From Tubiluchus corallicola (taxonomy: Eukaryota > Animalia > Priapulida), in NCBI GenBank assembly GCA_030141605.1, contig JAQGDQ010001138.1, positions 1 through 59,897 on the forward strand: a DNA stretch of 59,897 nt, given 5' to 3'. This document shows, piece after piece, positions 39,736-52,777 of the stretch. The notes below the pieces were generated by a model that was not told the DNA's origin, did not search any database, and saw only the letters and a program-made list of their open reading frames with translations. How positions within the stretch are numbered: position 1 is the stretch's first letter; each line of letters begins with the position of its first letter. Both the position numbers and the translations under genes were made by a program.

Positions 39736-40339
39736 GCGGACGAGGCAAGAACAAAGAAAGTGAGGTTGTTGCAAGGAGGAGCTGAGATGTGATATTACAT
39801 TCTTGGAATGCACAAGTGTTCAGTTTAATTGCACAGCCATCGTAAGTAACGTCAACACTAGTATTTATTATGGCCAAAACTCCTGTTTACACGCTGTAGC
39901 GGTTATAGACGATAAAATAAAACAACGCGTCAGCTTGGCTTCCTTCCCGGGCATTCTGGGAAGACTGCGGAGCGCGCGGGGCATTCTGGGAAGTCTGCCG
40001 AGTGAAACGTGAAACCAGTTCAAACTTGAACTGTTTGTCTAACATGCTAAATGATTGATTTTTCATTGCTGATCAAATATTAGCCGAATTTTGGAGTTTT
40101 GTGAAATCGAAGATGAGGATTAGATGGAAGTGGGTGGTAGTAGTGGGGGTGGGAAGCCGTGGATTAAGGTCTTCTGCGGATGGTGTGTGTCTGGCTTCAA
40201 AGAGAAACCTGTCAATGTCTGAATGTTGTTGTACAGTTTGAATTATTGCCCTGGAAAAGTCTGGAATGTGGAACGCTAGGATTAAACTGTCTGTACAGGT
40301 TTCAGCGAACATTGAAAAACGAGAGGGTTCTCTGTTACG

Positions 40340-40791
40340 TCTCTCCCCTCTCTTTCTCTCTATGTCTCTCCCTCTTTCTCTCTTGCTCTCTCTCCTCACT
40401 CTCTCTTACTCGCCCTGTCTCTCTCCCTCTTTCTCCCCCTCTCTTTCTCTCCCTCTTTCTTCCCCCCCCCTCTCTCTCTCTCTTTCTCTCTCCCTCCCTC
40501 TCCCCCTCTCTTTCTCTCTCTGTCTCTCTACCTCCCTGTCTCCCTCTTTCTCCCTCTCTTGCTCTCCTCTCTTTCTCTCACCCGCCCTCTGTTTCTCTCC
40601 CTCTCTCTCTTGCACTCTCTCCCTCCCTCTCTCTCCCTCTTTCTCCCTCTCTTGCTCTCTCTCCTCACTCTCTCTTAGTCGCCTTGTCACTCTCTTTCTC
40701 TCCCTCTTTCTTCCCCCTCTCTCTTTTTCTCTCTCCCTCCCTCTCCACCTCTCTTTCTCTCTGTGTCTCTCCCTCTCTATCTCTCTCTCTC

Positions 40792-40858
<67 letters not shown>

Positions 40859-40950
40859 CTCTCTCTCCCTTTTTCTTCCTCTTTTTGTCTCTCTCTCTTT
40901 CTCTCTCCCTCCCTCTTTCTTCCTCTGTTTCTCTCGCCTGTCCCCCTCTC
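40340..40950. repeat. Imperfect (CT)n microsatellite
   Basis: CT runs; carries the same ctta(c/g)tcgcc.tgtc interruption as the tracts at 39075-39612. Confidence 0.93.
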
Positions 40951-41409
40951 TCTGTGTGTCTCGCTCCTGTTCTTCTCTCACTTTTCTTCCCATTAAATTC
41001 CGTCTAAATTACCCTCATGCTTGTCTCCTTATCTTTCACCCCATTTGAAGATCACTACAGTCTACAACCCTCTTTCTTTTCTTCTTCATTTAATCAATTT
41101 CTGTCCTCTGTAGGTCGATATCTAATTCACAATCAGCAGTGCTTGCCTCTGCTCGTATTTGTGCTGTTCGAACATTGTTTTCTTTACAAATATTAATCGA
41201 TTTTTTACCCAGTTAGAGCTATTCCACAATGTTAAGTGGTTTCATGTTATTCACAGTTGGTTGTTAGCAGTCTGGCGCGGGGTTGCTCCTTTTATAGATC
41301 ATTTAAATGAAATATTGAACCGAGGAGGCGCCTGCAAAGCAGGAGGGGTGACGTCGTTTTGTGTGTGTATGATAAAAAGAGGCAAGCGAGTGAGAAAATG
41401 ATGGGGAAA

Positions 41410-41434
41410 GAAAGAGAGAGAGAGGGGAAGAGAG

Positions 41435-41521
<87 letters not shown>

Positions 41522-42620
41522 CGTTTATCTAATCTCCAGTTTGGTTGGCTTTTGTGGAAATATCAACTTTTCTTCTTTTTTTTGTTGATTTTCTTTTACT
41601 TATTTTACTTATGTTCTTTTTTCCTTCGAAAAAGTTACTGATTATATTGACCTTTTCCTGAATAATCTAGATTTCCAAGCAGCTAAACAAGTAACTTCAA
41701 TCAATTACCTCTGCTTTCGTAAATGTTAGGTTTACAGTTTTTTGTATGTTAGGGTGGCCTAGTTTGGTCTAGTTCATAAAAGAGCTTGTTTAGTGGTTGT
41801 GCTGCTTGTTGTCACTAGTTTTATAGTCCCACTCAGGGCCCTACTGTTCTCAGCTGGTGTCCTATTACAAACATTGGTTGACTGATTATGAACAAAATTG
41901 ACTACTGGTCACTTCTCCTGGACCAGCATGAGTCAGCTAGTAGTCAGTGGTCAGAAGTTATTATGGCTAACATAAAATCCTCATTACAGCTACATAAAGT
42001 TTGTTTATTAAGGGCACCAGAATGCCGCCTTGCCGTACCCCAGCGTGTGCTGCGGTCTTACGCCTCCTTCACATGTGCCTGGTTATGGATACACCACGTG
42101 CTGTTCGGCGGGATAATCTGCGAGGATGACCACTGGCCCTTTCAAAGAGCGCCGCCTCATTATCTTCGGACACTGGTCAGTTGTTGTGAAGTCAGCGGAC
42201 AAATTGCGGTTGTATTTAGGAATAAAAAGAGATGAGAAGTGAGATCAAAGGACGCCGCCAGATCGCGGTGATATTATTGGTCGCAGACATAATTATACGC
42301 GCTGTAGAGCTGTGTACACAAAGCAAGCATTGATAAGAAAAAATCTAGCAGTTATGCTGACAGACGCACGTCAACACTGGAGTGCAAGGGACGCCCTAGT
42401 ATGATGAAAGAGAAAGAGGGAGAAGGTAGAGAGAAAGAGAGTTGATAGAAGCTCAAAAAAGAGGGAGAAAGTAGGAAAGAGAGAGGGAGAGGAAATTAAA
42501 ACGGGAGAGAAAGCGAAAAGAGAGTTGTCAAAAAGCAAGTTAGTGCATGCATTCTTTTTATAAAAATCTGAGTGTTTGACTGTCCTATTATTTCATTTCT
42601 GTGTAAGTCCACAAGTTTAG

Positions 42621-42670
<50 letters not shown>
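41410..42670. repeat. (AG)n microsatellites (41410-41519, 42400-42495 degenerate, 42623-42670)
   Basis: AG runs separated by unique sequence. Confidence 0.85.
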
Positions 42671-43577
42671 GTGGTGGCAGAGAGAAAGAAAGGGAGAGGG
42701 TAGTGGAGACTGGAGAGTGCCACTTTCTACGGAGTTCTTTTAATACATACGTGGAGACATTATATGCATCTAGCTGTATTATTTCTTGTCAAAATGACGT
42801 AGTAGGCACAATAATTATCAATTTTTGGGAACGTTCTGAATCCAGACAAACGGATAATGTTTGGTGTCGTAATTCTTGACTAGAGTCAATAGCTCACGTG
42901 GTGTTGTCTGCGTTCAATAGATGAACCTATCTGTAAAAATACTGATATTCCAACTTCTGTTATTTGCTCAAAGATCTACCTGGTTTTTGTAGTTCCATAA
43001 TTGCACCATTATTCATGATCATCAAATCGTCACGAGTTATAGCGGGTGTGGTCGTCTAATATGGTGAAATTTTAGTCAATTATTTTTAAACGTAGACAGA
43101 CGTAGTATTTCTTGCTATTATGGTGCTGGTGTTGCTGTAATGTTTGAAATTTCAAGTGAGCTGGAGCAGTTGGGGGAAAACCTGCCAAGGCGAAATTGTT
43201 TTTGTTGCCGCTTTTTTGTTCAGTGCTGCCATCTATTCGGCATCACCAGAAACATGTTATCAATCAGAAAACAAACATATTAAATGTGAATGAATCGTAG
43301 TATTTAGCATATTACTAATGACTTTCATCAACGATACTTTAGCAGAATCTTTGCTATTCTCTTTGGATTATAATAATCTCCTTTACGTTCCGTTCAACAT
43401 GAGTTCAATTCTTGGAACTTGGTGGTATAAAAGTGACCCTACATTCTAGCGGCGGAGCCCTTACTCCAGGTGTGTTTAACGTGTTTGAATACACAGTCTC
43501 TATGACCTGTAAGGAATGACCAGGTCTGTGTGTTTGATCATCAAACATTCGCCGGTAGTCATGAATGGCTGTCCTGA

Positions 43578-45520
43578 TTACTTAAGCTTCTCTGATGTTG
43601 AAAGTTTAGTGTTGATTTTTAATGAAACTAGCTCAGTATGTGTACGATGTAGACACTGTAGGCCTACCTAATCAATGTACGAGAAATTAGACTAGATGTT
43701 ACTTAAGTTTCACTGGTATTGAAAGTTTAGTGTTGATTTTTAATGAAACTAGCTCAGTATGTGTACGATGTAGACACTGTAGGCCTACCTAATCAATGTA
43801 CGAGAAATTAGACTAGATGTTACTTAAGTTTCACTGGTATTGAAAGTTTAGTGTTGATTTTTAATGAAACTAGCTCAGTATGTGTACGATGTAGACACTG
43901 TAGGCCTACCTAATCAATGTACGAGAGATTAGACTAGATGTTACTTAAGCTTACTGGTATTGAAAGTTTACTGTTGATTTTTAATGAAACTAGCTCAGTA
44001 TGTGTACGATGTAGACACTGTAGACCTACCTAATCAATGTACGAGAAATTAGACTAGATGTTACTTAAGTTTCACTGGTATTGAAAGTTTAGTGTTGATT
44101 TTTAATGAAACTAGCTCAGTATGTGTACGATGTAGACACTGTAGACCTACCTAATCAATGTACGAGAAATTAGACTGGATGTTACTTAAGTTTCACTGGT
44201 ATTGAAAGTTTAGTGTTGATTTTTAATGAAACTAGCTCAGTATGTGTGCGATGTAGACACTGTAGACCTACCTAATCAATGTACGAGAAATTAGACTAGA
44301 TGTTACTTAAGTTTCACTGGTATTGAAAGTTTAGTGTTGATTTTTAATGAAACTAGCTCAGTATGTGTACGATGTAGACACTGTAGGCCTACCTAATCAA
44401 TGTACGAGAAATTAGACTAGATGTTACTTAAGCTTACTGGTATTGAAAGTTTACTGTTTATTTTTAATGAAACTAGCTCAGTATGTGTACGATGTAGACA
44501 CTGTAGGCCTACCTAATCAATGTACGAGAGATTAGACTAGATGTTACTTAAGCTTACTGGTATTGAAAGTTTACTGTTTATTTTTAATGAAACTAGCTCA
44601 GTATGTGTACGATGTAGACACTGTAGGCCTACCTAATCAATGTACGAGAGATTAGACTAGATGTTACTTAAGTTTCACTGGTATTGAAAGTTTAGTGTTG
44701 ATTTTTAATGAAACTAGCTCAGTATGTGTACGATGTAGACGCTGTAGACCTACCTAATCAATGTACGAGAGATTAGACTAGATGTTACTTAAGCTTACTG
44801 GTATTGAAAGTTTACTGTTGATTTTTAATGAAACTAGCTCAGTATGTGTACGATGTAGACACTGTAGGCCTACCTAATCAATGTGCGAGAAATTAGACTA
44901 GATGTTACTTAAGCTTACTGGTATTGAAAGTTTACTGTTGATTTTTAATGAAACTAGCTCAGTATGTGTACGATGTAGACACTGTAGACCTACCTAATCA
45001 ATGTACGAGAAATTAGACTGGATGTTACTTAAGTTTCACTGGTATTGAAAGTTTAGTGTTGATTTTTAATGAAACTAGCTCAGAATGTGTACGATGTAGA
45101 CACTGTAGACCTACCTAATCTATGTGCGAGAAATTAGACTAGATGTTACTTAAGCTTCACTGGTGTTGAAAGTTTAGTGTTGATTTTTAATGAAACTAGC
45201 TCAGTATGTGTACGATGTAGACACTGTAGGCCTACCTAATCAATGTACGAGAAATTAGACTAGATGTTACTTAAGCTTACTGGTATTGAAAGTTTAGTGT
45301 TGATTTTTAATGAAACTAGCTCAGTATGTGTACGATGTAGACACTAGAGACCTACCTAATCAATGTACGAGAAGTTAGACTAGAAGTTACTTAGCCTTAC
45401 TGGTGTTGAAAGTTTGTAGAGACGTGTAATTGTAGATCGTATTTAAGCTTCACTGACGTTGAAAGTTTACTGTTTTTCAATGAACCCTTGCTTAGTATGT
45501 ATACGATGTATACACTGTAT
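43578..45520. repeat. 120-121-bp satellite, about 15 copies plus a degenerate terminal copy
   Basis: Unit gaaagttta(g/c)tgttgatttttaatgaaactagctcagtatgtgtacgatgtagacactgtag(g/a)cctacctaatcaatgtacgaga(a/g)attagactagatgttacttaag(tttc/ctt)actggtatt. Confidence 0.98.
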
Positions 45521-46909
45521 CTTTACAGTATCTGCCAAAGCATCTACTTCATTGTTTAGCTCATTTCTTTAATAAAAGCTCACATTGTACTTATCATTTT
45601 CAGTCCTGGTTGCTGTTCAGTCGTAAAACGAGGGCATGAAAATGATATACGAAGTTGTAAAATTAATGCAAACTCAAGGGGTTGTAAAGTGTTGCTAATG
45701 TTTGTTCATTATTGCTGAGTTTTTCAACCTGAGAGCGTTTTGGTTGCCTAGCTGCCATGGCAATAACTATAAATTTACAATTCGATAAAACCCCAGGAAT
45801 AAAAGAGGACTCTAATAAATGAGTCAGCTTAGGATAGCTGAGCAGTTGAAACAGTAGCCATGTCAGTGGTCACATTCGACCACTGATGTCCATTGGTTTG
45901 CCAATAATATTTAATAATAGTTTGGTAGTGTATCTCATTGTTAGACGTACTCAACAGTACTCGTTAGTCAGTACTCATCAGTACTGGTACTCAATGATTG
46001 AGCCAACTCATCTGCATTCACTAGTAGTTATATGAACATTATATGATAACAGAGCATTAGAATTTTGTGGTTCTTAGATTTTACTACAGCAACAGGTCAC
46101 GTGACTAAACTAGTTGCATGAGTGTTGAAGAGATTGTCTCTCACGTGTAACAGGCAATTTTTTTAGATGTTTTAGACATATTATTGATATCTCATCCTCA
46201 CTATAACACTGTTTCACTATAAAAACCGTCTGATTTTTTGGTGTATTTGTTTCCATCGCGTTATATTCGTTAGCCATAGATATTTTATTGTCACTGTAAC
46301 AACACTACTACAGTGGATAAAGTCATATCTTTCGTCTAAGTTGATCTTATTTGTAATTGTTAGCCATAGATATTTTATTGTCACAGCAACATCACTTGCC
46401 TATAGAAAAAGTCGGGTTTATGGTCTAGGTAATTCTTATTTTTATCTATTGACCATAGATATTGTATTCTCACTCTTCTACTTGACAGTGGACTTTGATT
46501 CAAGTTGTGTTTGTTTACATGCATTAATGAGTCTTAATGATACTAATCTGGTCGCACTTAACAACCATGTAAGTAGCCGCCATGATTGTTTGTTATTGCA
46601 GCGCGTAGGATCACAGGAGAAATAGGAAGCATCCTGTTTGTTTTGGAGGATAGATTTTGACGTCCTCACATCCGGGCACTTTCACCAAGGCGTGTCTCGT
46701 TGGTCATTGGATTGGTCTAGTTCACTAAACATTGTTTAGGACATTCTGTACTGATGTTTCTGCTAATACCGATGCTTTTCTATTGTTTGAATGGCCCACA
46801 TGGGATAGTAGAGCTTGAACCAATGTCTACAAGAACAAACATTTCTGGAATCTCTTTGGAGAACAGAGACGATAAATAAAGTGATGACAATTAAAATGAA
46901 GACGATTCT

Positions 46910-47465
46910 GATGATGATGATGATGGTGGTGACAGTGTCTGGTGATGATGGTAGTGACTGCGATGATGATGATGGTGGTGGTGGTGGCAGTGGTATCGGT
47001 AACAGTGATAGTGATTATAATGATGATGATGGAGATGCTGATGATGATGATAAGAATGATGATATTGGAGGTGGAGGTGGTGGTGGTGACAGTGTCTGGT
47101 GGTGATGGTAGTGACTGTGATGATGATGATGGTGGTGGTGGTGGCAGTGGTATCGGTAACAGTGATAGTGATGATAATGATGATGATGATGAGAATGATG
47201 ATATTGGTGGTGGTGGTGGTGGTGGAGGTGACAGTGCTGGTGGTGATGGTAGTGACTGTGATGATGATGATGGTGGTGGTGGTGGCAGTGGTATCGGTAA
47301 CAGTGATAGTGATGATAATGATGATGATGATAACAATACTGATATTGGTGGTGGTGGTGGTGGCGGCAGCGGCGGCGGTGACGGCGGTGGTGGTGATAGT
47401 GGTGATAATGATGATAGCTAAGATAATGATGATGATGGTGGTGATTTCAGTGGCTGCTGATGACT
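46910..47465. repeat. GAT/GGT trinucleotide tract with a triplicated higher-order unit of about 140-160 bp
   Basis: ggtgacagtg(t)ctggtg.tgatggtagtgactg.gatgatgatgatggtggtggtggtggcagtggtatcggtaacagtgatagtgat at about 46928, 47085 and 47228. Confidence 0.92.
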
Positions 47466-47961
47466 ACAATGGCAGTGACGTTAACTGTGTTATACACACG
47501 ACTTTTAACTGTGTAAATTATTGGCATAACAAAAGAGATTTATTCAATTTTAAGACGTTTCTTCACTTCAAACACGTTTTCTTGACGTTGACTGTGTATT
47601 TTTAGCACCTCGCTCGAGTCTTGCCCCCTGGCGGGCGGTGGGCGAAACGTTTTAGAGGCATTGATGCGTTTACGACGGGGCAATAAAGTCATAAAAACAG
47701 TTGTAAACATGCTGAGGTTTGGGAGCGAGCTTTGAAGGTGGCAAGTGATCTTGTGCCAAGTTTTCCATTTAAACAAACTAGTACAACCCTCGTTTCTTTG
47801 GGGGGTGGGGCAATTCTTGTTTCTTGGGGGTGGGAACTTTGATTGTGCGAATGGACAACGCCCTCAATAAAGCGCTTGCTTCTTTGTCTAATTAAAACAC
47901 TAATTGCCTTGCTTGTTAAAGCAAAACCGGTCCCAGTCTTAAACCGTACGTCAAAGCAATA

Positions 47962-48511
47962 TACTCTTTAAAATATTGAAAGGAAACTTACTATTTTTTC
48001 AAAAATGATTTACGTGATAGAATTTTTACCAAAACAAACACAATTTCACGTTCGCACCTTCGCTGTTGCATCCGCTTTGCCATTCGCTAGTTAGATAGGC
48101 ACTAGCGTCTGCATTTCGCTAACGCATTGCACAAAAGCAGGTGCTGTATCTCTCAGTTCAAATGTGTTAGCTTGTGACGAACTACCTCCGTTCGACAGCT
48201 CATGCGTGAACACAACGGAAAATTCGAAATTTCAATTTTTATCTTAAAACTACCTAGTTTTAGTACAACACACTGAATAACTGAGTTTAGCACTGTACTT
48301 CAATTTTTGCTTTCGCAAACACGTGCAAAACGCTCGTGAAATGCTTTTGCTGTTGAAGAATATGTTAGTTTGTGACGTCATCAATATTTGGGCTCACCCG
48401 CCGGTAATTAAGTTTCTAATCTATTATCTTATTATCAAAAACGCTTTTGCAGTATTAATTGTATTAAAATGTATACTTTTTATCCGACTTGAAAAATCAT
48501 CTCGTCTTCCT
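47962..48511 (+). mobile_element. Kolobok-like non-autonomous element, family B copy 2
   Basis: Direct match to 17998-18522; ends gtcttCCT|TTAA (48512-48515). Confidence 0.7.
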
Positions 48512-49067
48512 TTAAGATTTGTGTTTCTAGGGTCGTAAGGTGAGGTATTTGAGGGGCGTGTCGTACTACTCTTAGGCCTTCTCTTGCTACTTGATTATGT
48601 GGATTGTTTTCCACTATGGCTTCTGTAAGGAATCATTAGATGAGGCATAGAACAGATAGACTAACATGGTTTTGCATTCTGTTGCCAGTAGCTTGTACAA
48701 AGCTGTTGATCAAAATTAATAACTTGCGTTCGTATTGTTCACATGGCCCATTCTTCATCTGATGTGGTTAGTCTAGTCTCTGTCTTCAAGCCTGGTCGTC
48801 CATGAGTCTTCAATAATCGTAATAATCACCACCTTGCTGCAAAATTTTTGTCTGCTTCATTCCTTTAAGCTGAAGTAATACGTGTTTTATTAAGTTATGA
48901 TGTTATACTCATTTGAATATCTCTGTAGTGTGGTAACTGACTTTGTTTGTAGTGTGGTAACTGACTTTGTTAAAGGACAAGAAAACGGGTACTTAAAGCA
49001 GGTTTCAGAAAAATTGCATTAAAAATTGTGTCACAGCATCTTTATGCATATATCGTACTCAAATTAA

Positions 49068-49527
49068 CCCTTTCATACCCGTTGTATCCCGTGGGATACG
49101 AGAATATTTTCCGCCTTTAAAATTAATAAAATTTTAAAACTGACAGTTATTTGATCTTTTAATAGTTATTTTGATTTAAGCCAATAACAATAGACTAAAA
49201 ATGGTGATAAAATGGCAAACTAGAAAATCTACATAGCATAAAAAACTGCGCTTGGTACAGTACTTTAGACACGACTTTGTACAGATCAGCATAGCATGCA
49301 TACTATATGTCTTGAATACTTTAAAAAATTATCAGCAGTTGCAAAATGAAGCTCATTTTATGCTTCCATTGAATCCCAATGTATCCCGTGGGATACAGGC
49401 TATATTTAGCACGCGGGCACAGGTAGAAAAAAACAATTATTATGTATAAACAAGATGGACATACTGAACAAAAGTACCAAGCCAAAAAAATTTTACTTGT
49501 TAAAAAAATAATTTGGGACTGAAAGGG
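49068..49527 (+). mobile_element. piggyBac-like MITE, copy 2 (TTAA target duplication)
   Basis: TTAA|CCCTTTCATACCC...GGGACTGAAAGGG|TTAA; 13-bp imperfect TIRs; 460 bp; two internal palindromes GTATCCCGTGGGATAC (49084, 49381). Confidence 0.92.
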
Positions 49528-50176
49528 TTAAAAGGAATTTTTGTTCGTTTTCATTTCCCGCAATACTGACAACATTACATGGCGTCACTTACGGAAACGT
49601 AAATCAGGGACAGAAACGGCAATGTTAAATGATGAACCAAAAAACTTTCCATGCAAATATTGCTTAACTTTTCGCTTACCTGCTAGAAAGACTTGTGTAA
49701 CTAGAAAAGAAAATTTTTAATAATTTAACATGTTCGTGCCATTTGGCAAAATGTCGTTCACTCACCCTCCAGGGTGCGCCACTAACTAAACATAAACACA
49801 TTTTAAAACTAATTGACGAGATACAGTAATTTTAAATTTTACTTAGTTAGTGACCTGTGCGCTATTAATGCTCTGATTATTTTTTCAAATTTACACAGTG
49901 TTATCTAAACTTGTTTCAAATGACTTATCGTCAAAATGGCGGTGTCTAACGGTCATCGCGGGAGTTTAAATTTACATGTTTTGTTCAGTATGACTGCCAT
50001 TGAAGTCCTATGTGAAAGGCAATTCGGCAATAATATAAAATTTCAAGAAGAATTTTTTAAACTTTGTGTTTATGGCGGGTTTTCTTGTGCTTTAAATAAA
50101 GTTGAACTATTTAAACCTCATAGGACATTCAAGTTTTTCCCTGGGTCTTGGTTAGATGTAGCTCTTGGTTAGCTCA

Positions 50177-50737
50177 AGACGTTGTAGAACAAATATGGCG
50201 AAACATTTCATTAGCTATATGGGACCAGTCGTATGGAATAGCCTAAGCCGCAATTCAAAATGTAGTCACTCCCTTTCAACTTTTAAAAAAACCGTCAGAA
50301 AAGAAATATTTCAAAAGTATGGAGAGTAACACAGTTTGATAATGGTAATCACCTGCATTCTTTTTCCACAGTAATCTTAATAAAACGTGACTATGCTCAA
50401 CAGGTTACTGAACACTTTATAATCATGATCACAGTTTTTCTTAGTTCTCGCTCCATTTCATCTTTCATTCACTACTCCCCCCCACTTTTATGTATATATT
50501 ATCATAATTTCAATTATTAATCACTTCTTTAAGATTTCCACGTACAGTTTGGCCTGTCAAGCTATGTTTTAGGCTCAAACTGTATGCATCAAAATTATTC
50601 TGTAATGTAATTTGCACATGTATATGCTGCATTTTGTAATTTCTGGATAATACTGCATTTATATTTATATTTACTTCAGTGAAATTATCTGTATTTTTAT
50701 TATAATTGTTAGATGCAGAGTGGAAACAAATAAACTT
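50177..50737 (+). mobile_element. 5'-truncated CR1-group (L2/Crack-like) LINE: ORF2 C-terminus plus 3' UTR
   Basis: 50177-50329 translates RRCRTNMAKHFISYMGPVVWNSLSRNSKCSHSLSTFKKTVRKEIFQKYGE*, the RT....I.Y.GP..WNSL......SL..FK motif. 3' stem-loop TACAGTTTGGCCT...AGGCTCAAACTGTA (50543-50584); ends at AATAAA (50729). Confidence 0.85.
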
Positions 50738-52282
50738 ATAAGCCTATAAGGCATTCATATATCCTCTTTCTCGCTTCTACTGTGCATAGATAAACAAATC
50801 AGCCATCATGATATTAATCTTGAATATCAAACAATCATAATCTGACACGTAATTTAAAACCTGCTGGTAGCAGCAAAGACAGGATTATGCTGGTCTGAGT
50901 TTCTTGGAAAGACGGAAATTGATAATAAATCTGTATTTTACCCAAGTCATGGTTAAATATTTACTCTGAAGACCCTAGAACGTTGGATTGGAACTGTACC
51001 AAGGCAGCTTTCCGGTAGCGTGCTTTAATGGAGCAGGTGCTGCCATCTTCTGTATGATATTGGAATACAGATTGCTTATAAATTGCACCGTAATTATTTT
51101 AGGCGCGTGTTTAAAAGTATAACTAGCATCTTTTCTTTGGTCTTACAGCAAGTGTTAAACCACAGTAGTGGGTCATCCTGGTTTGTTTCCCAGAGAGGCA
51201 AGATAAAAATATAAATGTCGTTAGCAAGAGATAAAAATATCGTTTGTATAAGACAATCTGTTGCCATGGTTGTAAACTCATCAGACAAGAATAGATTTCA
51301 TTTGAAAACGGTTTTTATTAAACATTGTGCAGGCTGCGGTTATGGCGGTAAAACTATGTAGAGAATTTAGGCTTGGCAATAAAATCGTTCGACTTGACTG
51401 TAAATAGTTTTCAGTTTATGGAATTATGCCTGTTCCAGATTTGTTATTTTGTAGTTTGACGTCTGTGTTTTCACGTAGCGTTGAATCATTTGTCTGATCA
51501 AGACAGAAGGCTCAATTGTTATTTTGATTTGATAACTAATGCATTGATTTATTAATGATTAATCTAATAATTAATTTCATTAAGTTGCAATCATTAAATT
51601 TAACAAAAATACTGATATTTTTACACCAGGGAAAGATGTCAACTCATACCTGTACATTGTTACTCAACTCATACCTGTACATTGTTACTGCTTCATTTCG
51701 TTGAGGAAGTTCTCTTTAGTCAGTTAAAGCTGCTGTTATCTATGTAGCAGGTTCGTTCGTGCACTATAACTGCAGTGAGAACGTCCTGAGTTCAATACCA
51801 GAGCAGGGGACCTCTTTTTTCTGATGATGTCAGTGCAATTATTCAGAACTTGATTGATTATGATTGTTGTACGTGCCAAGGATGAGATTCTCTAGCGGAA
51901 CGCGAATTTGAATCGAATTTGTGACTTTCGAAATCGAATTTAATTTTTTTTCTGTATTTCTAATCGAATCAAATTCATCACTGCATCAAACTCGTATTGA
52001 CTATGAAAGATTTTTGAAACACTAGTAACAAGTGGTCTTACAAAGATCGTGCATATTACTTGATTTTGTTCTGCAGTAAAACCACAATTAGTTTGCTAAA
52101 AATTTTGCACACGAACTGCAGCGAAATTTTGCTAATTGCGTGATGTTTCAAACATTTTGGTGATAAAGAACCTATCTGGCTAAAATGGCTGAATTATTCG
52201 AATCCATAATTTTAGGTTCGAACTGAATTTAAACTAAAAAGAAACTGTTTCAAATGGAAATCGATGCTTTCGATGATCCCCT

Positions 52283-52720
52283 CAGGGCCGGAACTAGATG
52301 TGCCAAGCAGGGGGGGGGGGCGCAAAAATTTTCTGGGAGGGCGAGGTATCCGAAGTGGCTAAATAATGGTTAAGCCAATTTTAACCCCTTTTATACTGCA
52401 TGCAGGTCTATAATTAGCGTGTGTGTAGGACGGCGTAGCGGACAGAGCAATAATGAGAAAATTAACCCTCAGTTAACCTAACGTTATTAATGTGCCTCTA
52501 ACTAAATTGTTATTTACAGAAATTTATCACACACAAGTTTTAAGTAAATAATACACTGAAGCTACCAAACATTTTTTTACCTAATTCTAATTCACATTGA
52601 AAATGATTACATGCAAACTGCAATTTTCACTGCAAAAAAAATTATTTGTCCGATTTTGCAGGGTGGCGCAAATTTTGACAGGGGGGCGCGCCCCCCTCGC
52701 TCCCCCTAGTTCCGCCCCTG
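52283..52720. mobile_element. hAT-like MITE (438 bp)
   Basis: TIRs CAGGGCCGGAACTAG / CTAGTTCCGCCCCTG (14/15 match). Flanks atgatcccct and ctcacccct look like a diverged 8-9-bp TSD. Confidence 0.75.
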
Positions 52721-52777
52721 CTCACCCCTAGTGCCTGCTAAAGGTTTTTTTGTTTCATTATTTTTTCTTATTTTCAG

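Noticed and set aside
18546-45520. Regularly spaced arrays as CRISPR-like loci
   Set aside because: Units are head-to-tail with no unique spacers; no cas genes; eukaryotic intron context.
46815-47605. Asp/Gly-rich and Met/Val-rich ORFs resembling acidic biomineral proteins
   Set aside because: GAT/GGT simple repeat with a frame shift between higher-order copies; no signal peptide or splice support. The same applies to 29763-30104.
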